NCBI GenBank assembly: GCA_963678065.2
Contig: CAXXVZ010000005.1
Span: 992,001 to 1,056,000 of the forward strand
Direction: 5' to 3'
Length of the DNA stretch: 64,000 nucleotides
Source of the DNA: Treponemataceae bacterium
GTDB lineage: Bacteria > Spirochaetota > Spirochaetia > Treponematales > Rectinemataceae
Shown: in pieces, positions 1-7,274 of the stretch
Numbering within the stretch: the first letter of the stretch is position 1
How the letters are laid out: each line of letters opens with the position of its first letter
The notes under the pieces: model-generated
What the model saw: only the letters and a program-made list of their open reading frames with translations
Database searches by the model: none
Told to the model about the DNA's origin: nothing
Program-made: the position numbers and the translations under genes

Positions 1-500
1 TCGGAGCACTCCACGCGCGCGCGCTCCGTAACTTCGTACACAGCCACCGCCAGAGGCTCGGCCAGCGCGGCGACGTCATAGGGGACCTCTTTGTATATCC
101 TGTGCACGAGCACCTCCGGCATGACGATGTAATCCGTCATCGCCCCGTTGACGCCCCAGCCGGGAGCGCGCCTGTGCACGCAGAGATGGATTTTCCCCTC
201 GCGGCAGGCGTCGCAGACGCCGCAGGCACCATTCTTGGGTTCGGCGACGACCCGGTCGCCAACGCTGAAGCGAGTGACGCCGCTACCGATCTCCTCGATC
301 TCCCCCGAGAACTCGTGGCCGAGCACCACAGGGGGCCAGTAGCGCGCGAACTCGTCGCGAAGAATATGGATATCGGTCGCGCAGATCCCCGCCGCCTTGA
401 TTTTTATCAACACCCAGTCCGCTCCGGGCAGTCGGGGCTTCTCGATATCCCGGACTTCTACATGACCCGGCCCTTTGGCTACTTTCATCAATGCTTTCAC
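1..500 (-). CDS. Zn-dependent alcohol/polyol dehydrogenase (MDR family), 3' end runs off the window
   Basis: Not in the ORF track. Manual minus-strand translation from GTG at 500 (SD GGAGGG) gives MKALMKVAKGPGHVEVRDIEKP...AAGICATDIH...VVLGHEFSG...GACGVCDACREGKIHLC, which has the GHE and structural-Zn Cys motifs. Confidence 0.9.
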   Translation of the reverse strand, partial: MKALMKVAKGPGHVEVRDIEKPRLPGADWVLIKIKAAGICATDIHILRDEFARYWPPVVLGHEFSGEIEEIGSGVTRFSVGDRVVAEPKNGACGVCDACREGKIHLCVHRRAPGWGVNGAMTDYIVMPEVLVHRIYKEVPYDVAALAEPLAVAVYEVTERARVECS

Positions 501-531
501 GAATCCCTCCCCGCAAAATGTTCACAGAAAA

Positions 532-1236
532 TCAAACGCCCAAATAGGCTTTCTTGACATCGTTGTTCGCCAATAGATCCTGTCCCCGGCCCTCCAGGGT
601 TATCATCCCATCCTTCAGGATGTATGCGCGATCGGAAACCGAGAGAGCTTTCTTCGCGTTCTGCTCGACGAGGAGGATCGTGACATCAGAAGACCGCAGC
701 GAGACGATCGTCCTGAAAATATCCGACACGACCATCGGCCCCAGCCCGAGAGAGGGCTCGTCCAACATCAGGAGGCGCGGCTCCGCCATGATTGCGCGAC
801 CGATGGCGCACATCTGCTGCTCCCCGCCGCTTAGGGACCCCGCCAGCTGTCCCCTCCGCTCCAGGACACGAGGGAAAAGCTCATACACTTTTTCCAGGTT
901 GTCCGCGCGCTTGGCCTTGGCCCTTTTGCAAATCGAGCCCATCACGAGATTCTCTTCGACCGTCATGCTCGGGAAGAGCCTGCGGCCCTCGGGAACCTGG
1001 ATCAGGCCCAGCTCGACCCGGGCTCCTGCCGAAAGGCCGGAGATGTCCTTCCCGTCAAACGTGATCCGCCCCCGCATGTTCCCCAGTATGCCGGAGATCG
1101 CCTTTATCAAGGTGCTCTTGCCCGAGGCGTTCGCGCCGATGAGCGTGACGATCTCGCCTGTATGTACACCCATGCTCACGTTCCTGATCACCTGGAGATC
1201 ACCGTAGCTAACGGATACACCGGTCAGACTAAGCAT
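532..1236 (-). CDS. LIV-type ABC transporter ATP-binding protein (LivF-like)
   Basis: GANASGKST, VPEGRRLF, LSGGEQQM, LDEPSLGL. Confidence 0.95.
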   Translation of the reverse strand: MLSLTGVSVSYGDLQVIRNVSMGVHTGEIVTLIGANASGKSTLIKAISGILGNMRGRITFDGKDISGLSAGARVELGLIQVPEGRRLFPSMTVEENLVMGSICKRAKAKRADNLEKVYELFPRVLERRGQLAGSLSGGEQQMCAIGRAIMAEPRLLMLDEPSLGLGPMVVSDIFRTIVSLRSSDVTILLVEQNAKKALSVSDRAYILKDGMITLEGRGQDLLANNDVKKAYLGV

Positions 1237-1957
1237 CGTAGTCGTCTCCCAAGTAGGCTTTGATCACAGTGTCGTTGTGGATTATTTCCTGCGGACTGCC
1301 CTCCGCGATTTTTTCCCCGTTGGCCAGGACGATCACAGTCTCCGTCAAGTTGATCACCGCGCGCATGATATGCTCTATCAGCAGTATGGATACTCCGGAG
1401 TCGCGGATCTTCCGGATATGGAGGCCCAGATCGTCGACCTCGGAAGGGGTCAGGCCAGCCATGACTTCGTCCAGGAGTAAAAGCCTGGGCCTCGTCGCGA
1501 GGGCCTTGGCCACTTCCAGTCTCTTTCTGTCCGGAATGCCGAGATTCTTGGCGATCACGTTCTTCCGCGAGTCGAGGCCGAGGAATGCGACCGTTTTCTC
1601 GGCCTCCTCCCTCGCGGCCTCCATGCTGTTTGTCCGCAGAAGCGCCCCGACGAGGACGTTCTCGAGTACGGACAGGTTCTGGAGAGGCTTCGGAATCTGG
1701 AATGTCCTTCCGATCCCGAGCCGACACACCTGGAAACTTTTGAGCCCGGAAATCGGCTTCCCCTGGAAGACCACCACGCCATCGTTGAGGGGAAGCGCGC
1801 CGGAGATCATATTGAAGAGGGTGGTCTTGCCGGCTCCATTCGGCCCGATGAGACCCATGATCTGCCCCTCGGCGAGGTCGAAATCGACCTTGTTGACAGC
1901 CGTCAGGCCGCCGAAGCGCTTCGTCACGCCGCGGCAGCCAAGGAGTGCGCCGCTCAT
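1229..1957 (-). CDS. LIV-type ABC transporter ATP-binding protein (LivG-like)
   Basis: KRFGGLTAV, GPNGAGKTT, LLLDEVMAGL, C-terminal VIKAYLG. Confidence 0.95.
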   Translation of the reverse strand: MSGALLGCRGVTKRFGGLTAVNKVDFDLAEGQIMGLIGPNGAGKTTLFNMISGALPLNDGVVVFQGKPISGLKSFQVCRLGIGRTFQIPKPLQNLSVLENVLVGALLRTNSMEAAREEAEKTVAFLGLDSRKNVIAKNLGIPDRKRLEVAKALATRPRLLLLDEVMAGLTPSEVDDLGLHIRKIRDSGVSILLIEHIMRAVINLTETVIVLANGEKIAEGSPQEIIHNDTVIKAYLGDDYDA

Positions 1958-2937
1958 CTCGTCGCTCCCTCTCGCCTGGGCGCCGCGAACAGAGTGTTGA
2001 AGGCTCCGGTCAATCCACCCGGAAGGAAGTAGATTGTAAGAACGATGGCGATTCCGTAGATGACCATGCTGGAACCCGCAAGCCTTCCTCCGATCAGACT
2101 CGTCGTGAGTTCGGAAATCGGCACGAGAATGACCGCGCCGAAGAGCGGCCCGAACGTGGAACGTTGTCCGCCGACCAAGGGCAGGATCAGCATGAGAATG
2201 GAGAGATCCATGCCCAGGATTGTGAACGGATCGACCATGAGGACGTATTGCGCGAAGAAGGTCCCGCCCAAAGCAGTCATGAAGGCGCTGATCGCCGCGG
2301 CAATTATTTTATACAATGCCGGATCGATGCCCAGGGCCTCCGCGGCGTTCTGGTCCTCGCGGATCGCGGCCAGGTAGTGGCCCAATTTGGAGCGCGCGAT
2401 GAAGGCAGTGACCAGGAGAACTATCGCGAGAAGCGCGACGATGATGTAATAGAATGGAACCTTCGAGACGAATTCGTATTTCCAGAATCCCATTTTCAGG
2501 GGGACGAGGAGCCCCTGTGCGGCTTTGATTTTAAAAGGCCCTATTCTCTCGGTGGCGACAATGAAAAGGCGGAATGTTTCTGCGAACGCGATTGTCGCCA
2601 GGGTATAGTACGTTCCCTTGAGACGCAGGCAGGGGATGGCGATCGCCAGCGCGACCAGCACGGCCAGGATGCCTCCTGCGAGCATGCCCAGCCATGGGCT
2701 GATCCCGAATTGTGCGAACAGTATCGTCGAGGTATAGGCGCCGATTCCCGCGTAGACGGCGTGTCCCATCGAGACCTGCCCGGCGAGTCCTCCCACGATG
2801 GACCACGAGCTCGACTGGTAGGCATAATAGAAAACGATGATCAGCAGATGGATGATATAGGAGCTGCGCACGAAAAGTGGCACCGCCAGAAGCGCTGCGC
2901 CGACCATCAATATCGGGATTGCGTTGAATTTCTTCAT
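1954..2937 (-). CDS. LIV-type ABC permease (LivM-like)
   Basis: Hydrophobic; GQVSMGH, LRLKGTYY, AIREDQNAAEALGID; start could be 2955. Confidence 0.93.
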   Translation of the reverse strand: MKKFNAIPILMVGAALLAVPLFVRSSYIIHLLIIVFYYAYQSSSWSIVGGLAGQVSMGHAVYAGIGAYTSTILFAQFGISPWLGMLAGGILAVLVALAIAIPCLRLKGTYYTLATIAFAETFRLFIVATERIGPFKIKAAQGLLVPLKMGFWKYEFVSKVPFYYIIVALLAIVLLVTAFIARSKLGHYLAAIREDQNAAEALGIDPALYKIIAAAISAFMTALGGTFFAQYVLMVDPFTILGMDLSILMLILPLVGGQRSTFGPLFGAVILVPISELTTSLIGGRLAGSSMVIYGIAIVLTIYFLPGGLTGAFNTLFAAPRREGATR

Positions 2938-2986
2938 GTCCGGGTATTCTCCCATCGATGTGGTTTCGGGAAGGTACGATCCGCTG

Positions 2987-3862
2987 TCACAGCTCTTTCC
3001 CCATGAGACCTCTCGGCCTTACGATTATCACGATCAGGAATACGATGAAGATGAACATCTGGGCGTAACTCGAGTTGAAGAATGTCGCTCCGAGCGCCTC
3101 GACTCCTCCCACGATCAATCCTCCGACGAGCGTTCCGAGGATCGAGCCGAGCCCGCCCAGGACGACGATGATGAAAGCTTTCAGCTGGAAGACATCGCCG
3201 ACGGTCGGGTTGATGGAATAGAACGGGAGAATGACCATTCCCGCCACGCCCACGGTGGCCGTGCAGATCGCGAAACCCAAACGGAATATCCGACGTTCGC
3301 TGATACCCATCAGCTTCGCGGAATCCATGTCCTGGCTGAGAGCACGGATCGACCTTCCGAGATCGGTATTCTTGAGGAAAAAGAATATCGCTCCGTACAC
3401 CACAAGGGTGATCAGGGCGGCGACGAGCTTCCCGATATTGATGATCAGACCGAAGGCATCGAAGGTCCTGCCTGAGATGAACGAAGTCACACTATGGAAT
3501 TCCGGTCCGAAAATTATCTGCGCTCCGTTCACCATGATCAGACTGAAGCCCATGGTCAGCAACAGAGCGACATCGGAGTTGGTCGTGCGTTCGCGGACGA
3601 TCACGGGCTCGCTTATGATTGCCAATATGTATCCGAAGGCGAAGGAGGCCGGGACAACGATAAACAGTCCCAGGAATGGATCGAGGTGCAGGTACTTGTA
3701 GAGAATTTCCATCAAGTACATCCCGAGCATCATGACTGCGCCGTGACCAAAGTTCACGAACTTCATGACTCCGTACAAAATGCTCAACCCGAGCGAAACG
3801 AGACCGTAAACGCATCCGACGAGGAGGCCGGAGACAATATTCTGCGCTAGTAGCAATCCCAT
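2987..3862 (-). CDS. LIV-type ABC permease (LivH-like)
   Basis: YGVMKFVNFGHG, GRSIRALSQD, IIVVLGGLGS, RPRGLMG. Confidence 0.93.
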   Translation of the reverse strand: MGLLLAQNIVSGLLVGCVYGLVSLGLSILYGVMKFVNFGHGAVMMLGMYLMEILYKYLHLDPFLGLFIVVPASFAFGYILAIISEPVIVRERTTNSDVALLLTMGFSLIMVNGAQIIFGPEFHSVTSFISGRTFDAFGLIINIGKLVAALITLVVYGAIFFFLKNTDLGRSIRALSQDMDSAKLMGISERRIFRLGFAICTATVGVAGMVILPFYSINPTVGDVFQLKAFIIVVLGGLGSILGTLVGGLIVGGVEALGATFFNSSYAQMFIFIVFLIVIIVRPRGLMGKEL

Positions 3863-3884
3863 CGGTTTCTCCTGGCATGGAATC

Positions 3885-3915
3885 CGGGGAGGCTTCCCTT
3901 AGGGGGCCTCCCCCG
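3885..3915 (-). terminator. GC-rich stem-loop between the substrate-binding and permease genes (mRNA-stabilising or attenuating)
   Basis: Imperfect inverted repeat CGGGGAGGCTTCCCTTAGGGGGCCTCCCCCG; no U-tract on the minus strand. Confidence 0.55.
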
Positions 3916-3922
3916 ACGAAAA

Positions 3923-5137
3923 TCAGGGCAAGGGAGAAATAGCTTTTACCGTCGCGACATCTCTCGGCCAGATAGTCTTGAATCCTTTGATGCCATCGCC
4001 GTCCTGGTACTGGCCCATAAGATACATTCCGGTCGTGCACTGGCCGGTCGCGTCAAAGTTGAGCACATTTCCCTTGTAGTACTGGGAGGCAAGCGCCTTG
4101 TTGGCGGGATCGCTGATGCGAAGATTCGCGAATGAATCCCTGACCTTGTCGGGCTTCGTCGATGCGGCTTTTTCGAATACTTCCTTGATCACGTACACGG
4201 CGCCGAATCCGAACGCAGCGTGGCTCGTAGCGGTGACGCCGCTGTACTTCGACTCAAAGCTCTTTATGAAGCTTTGCACGTTTGAATTGGCCATATCCGG
4301 GGCCCAGGCACCGGCGTAGCACCAGCCTTTCCGCAGTTCAAGGTTGTTGACGAAGGTCGGATCGGCGTATCCGCCCCATCCTATCGCCCATTTCGGCTTG
4401 AAGCGGAGCTCCCTCATCGTCTTCGCGATCAAGAGCGCATCCTGTACGTACGAATTGGCGAGAAACGCGTCGGGGTTGATGGCCTTCACCTTGTTGATCA
4501 TGGGATTCACGTCCGCCGCTCCATGCGGATACGCCTCTTCGAACACCAGCTTGATCGCGTTCAGGCCAAGCCATTTTCTGACGCCATTGGCGAAGGTTTG
4601 ACCGCCCTCCGTGTTTTCATATGCCATCGCCACTGTCTTGACGCCCGATTCCACGAGGAATTGCACCAAGTCGCGAGTGCCGTACTCAGCCTTGGGCTGC
4701 GTTCTGAACACGTACTTGAAGCCTTGCTCGGTGATACCGTCGGAAGTGGCGTTCGGTACGTAGTAGGGGATCTGGTATTTCTCCGCGATGGAAACTGTGG
4801 GCAAGGTCACGGCGCTCTGGAAGGCGCCGACGAGCAGATGCACCTTCTCCACCGTGACGAGTCTTTCCGCTTCGGACATGCCGACCTGCGGGTCGCCGCG
4901 ACTGTCCGCGTAGATCATTTTGATCTTGGCGCCGCCGAGCGACTTGATGCCGCCTGCAGAATTGATCTCCTCGACTGCCAGATCGAAGCCCCGCCTCTGC
5001 TGTTGGCCATCATTGGCCGTACCGCCGCTCAGCGGAAGAATGTTGCCGATGCGCACCTCCGCCACATTCTGGGCAAAAGCGCCGATCGCGATTGAGCATA
5101 ACCCAACGAGCATGAGAAGAAACGTTTTCCTTTTCAT
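3923..5137 (-). CDS. LIV-type ABC substrate-binding protein (LivK family)
   Basis: Signal peptide MKRKTFLL...AFAQ; IGNILPLSG, AVEEINSAGGI, YVFR; SD AAGGAG before ATG 5137. Confidence 0.93.
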   Translation of the reverse strand: MKRKTFLLMLVGLCSIAIGAFAQNVAEVRIGNILPLSGGTANDGQQQRRGFDLAVEEINSAGGIKSLGGAKIKMIYADSRGDPQVGMSEAERLVTVEKVHLLVGAFQSAVTLPTVSIAEKYQIPYYVPNATSDGITEQGFKYVFRTQPKAEYGTRDLVQFLVESGVKTVAMAYENTEGGQTFANGVRKWLGLNAIKLVFEEAYPHGAADVNPMINKVKAINPDAFLANSYVQDALLIAKTMRELRFKPKWAIGWGGYADPTFVNNLELRKGWCYAGAWAPDMANSNVQSFIKSFESKYSGVTATSHAAFGFGAVYVIKEVFEKAASTKPDKVRDSFANLRISDPANKALASQYYKGNVLNFDATGQCTTGMYLMGQYQDGDGIKGFKTIWPRDVATVKAISPLP

Positions 5138-5328
5138 ACACCCACTCCTTTGGAATCTGTAATCGACGCGATGCGTCTGGACTTCGACCACTCAAGAATG
5201 CAGGCATAGCCGGATCTCCTGGGCAGGTGATTTTCTCACCGCCCCGATCGAACTGCACACTTTCTGTGCGCGCGGCGAATCGTATCCCTCCGCGTAACGC
5301 ACTCTCTGTATCGTGTGTTCACATCCTG

Positions 5329-5378
5329 ATGCAATGTTCAATGTTCTATGTTATAACATTGAACATTGCATTTGTCAA
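5329..5378 (-). promoter_or_regulatory. Sigma70 promoter TTGACA-17-TATAAC overlapped by a perfect 17-bp inverted-repeat operator
   Basis: -35 at 5378-5373, -10 at 5355-5350; ATGCAATGTTCAATGTT-N9-AACATTGAACATTGCAT at 5329-5371. Confidence 0.8.
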
Positions 5379-5534
5379 AGAAAAACTTGAAGAAATAACT
5401 ATCCAAGAAAAGCATTGTCTGACGCGGAGATAATCGATATGCCTATTTCTTTCGACCGCGCCAGTCATGCAATTCTTCGATGTAGCCGGCTATTTTCCCG
5501 GACTGGTTTGCGGCGGGCTCCGAACCAGCAGGTT

Positions 5535-6299
5535 TCATATATTCCGCTTATTCTTTCCCGCTATCAAAAACCTGTGGCACAAAAAATCCATGTAACCCTC
5601 TTCTTCCATAACCCCGGCCATTCTCATGATTCCATCCCTGTACTTTTCCAGACTGAAACCCTCGACCTGCCAGGGTATGCACTTCAGGTAATAGATAATC
5701 GCCCCCACATCGTAAAACCTCGTTTTGGTGATGCACTCCTTCTTCACGATAATTTCGAAGCCCGCGGACTCCAGTCCGGCCACGGCGGAACTCAGGGACC
5801 ACGACACATACTCGCTCGCCTTCGCGCCCAGCCACATATTCAGATCGACGGCATTCAGGCCGCCAACCTGCTGTGTGATAAAATACCCGCCATCCCGCAA
5901 AACCCGCGCAAGCTCGGAAACATCATAGGATTCATGTCTGTTCAGAATCACATCGAAAAACCCGTCTTCGAACGGAATCTTGTCATTCTCGATTTTTCTG
6001 ACCTCGATACCCCGTTTCCCCAGGCGTTCCGCCGCGATCGGCAGATTCGGCTCGTATCCCTCAGTCGCGTAGCTGCGCGGTGGCAAGCCCCGAAGCGACG
6101 ATAAAAACTCACCGCCTCCGGTGCCCATATCGAGAAGACAGGACGCCGCGTCGATATATCCCTGAATCTCGATACGATAATTCCACGGCAGAGGAAAGGA
6201 TTCCATTCTCCCCGTATCGCTCAGATGCGAAAAATCCCATCCGGAGAACTCGCTGCCGTACTCGCGGGAGAGTTTCTCGAAAAGCTCGGATTCATTCAT
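5535..6299 (-). CDS. Class I SAM-dependent methyltransferase
   Basis: LLDMGTGGGE SAM motif; PFEDGFFDVI; ELARVLRDGG. Confidence 0.9.
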   Translation of the reverse strand: MNESELFEKLSREYGSEFSGWDFSHLSDTGRMESFPLPWNYRIEIQGYIDAASCLLDMGTGGGEFLSSLRGLPPRSYATEGYEPNLPIAAERLGKRGIEVRKIENDKIPFEDGFFDVILNRHESYDVSELARVLRDGGYFITQQVGGLNAVDLNMWLGAKASEYVSWSLSSAVAGLESAGFEIIVKKECITKTRFYDVGAIIYYLKCIPWQVEGFSLEKYRDGIMRMAGVMEEEGYMDFLCHRFLIAGKNKRNI

Positions 6300-6487
6300 A
6301 TATTCCCGCCCCTTTGCCCTGTACCGAAAATCCGTTGCGGAGTATCCCGATCGGCACCAGGGCCAGGCCCCGGAGCGCGACGATGGCGGACAGTATCGGC
6401 AGTATGAACACGAAGCGCAGGGACGCGCTCCATGTCCAGCTGCCTCCGGCGAGGTTCATCTGTCTGCGGCCGGCGGTTCCCCCTTCG

Positions 6488-7000
6488 TCAATCGATCCGT
6501 ATCATATTCGAGTAATCGTTTTCGATTTTCAGCTGATCGAGAATCTGACTTACCTGGCCGCGGTGGTGGGTCTGATGGTTGAACACATGGACGAGGGCCT
6601 TCCAGAACAGCTTTTCCTGCTTTTCTCCGAGCCTGGTCACCCGCGATACAGTTTTTGACAGATCGGCTTCCCCGATCTCTTCGGTCAGGCGCGCGAAAAC
6701 ATCGTCGAGGTGAATCCTGCCCTTTTTGTAGGAGGCCAGGTCGTTGAACATCCTCAGGTTCCGGTCGGGAGGGGCCGCGAAAACAGGATCGCGGAAAATG
6801 GCGAAGTCCCTTACGGTTTTGAAGCTCATGAGCCACATGAGGTCGGCCTTGTAGATGTGGTCGAGTATTTCCCCGATACCCTTGAAGTAGCCATCCACTT
6901 CGGCGTCGTAGGGATCCCCCTTCGCGTCTTCCAATACCCGGATCATTTCCGCGTTGATGCTCCGGTTGCATTTCGAATAGTGCTTAAAAACTTCGGTCAT
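6488..7000 (-). CDS. DinB family protein
   Basis: ILDHIYKAD and HVFNHQTHHRGQV metal-binding His motifs; SD AAGGAG before ATG 7000. Confidence 0.88.
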   Translation of the reverse strand: MTEVFKHYSKCNRSINAEMIRVLEDAKGDPYDAEVDGYFKGIGEILDHIYKADLMWLMSFKTVRDFAIFRDPVFAAPPDRNLRMFNDLASYKKGRIHLDDVFARLTEEIGEADLSKTVSRVTRLGEKQEKLFWKALVHVFNHQTHHRGQVSQILDQLKIENDYSNMIRID

Positions 7001-7198
7001 GGCGGTCTCCTTACTCGTACCGTTTCCCTTCAATCATAGGGGCCATCGATATTATATCATGCCGACAGCGGCTTCCGCGATTGTCGGGCTGTGCGCAGGC
7101 CCTTCAAATCGGAACGACATAGTCGGGGATGCGAGAAAGCGCCTCGAGAAGCTAAGAGTGTTCAAAGAAACCAACAATTACCGAATTCAGCAAAAACG

Positions 7199-7232
7199 AA
7201 GGACTGCCCATGCATGCACATGGACAGTCCTT
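7199..7232 (-). terminator. Stem-loop downstream of the PIG-L deacetylase, probable terminator
   Basis: AAGGACTGCCCATG-N6-CATGGACAGTCCTT (13/14 paired) followed by CGTTTTT on the minus strand. Confidence 0.6.
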
Positions 7233-7274
7233 CATGACACGGCAGTCAACTACTACCTTTCCGGAATTGCCCCG

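Noticed and set aside
102..557. 151-aa plus-strand ORF
   Set aside because: Antisense shadow of the minus-strand Zn-dehydrogenase that the ORF track missed because it runs off the window.
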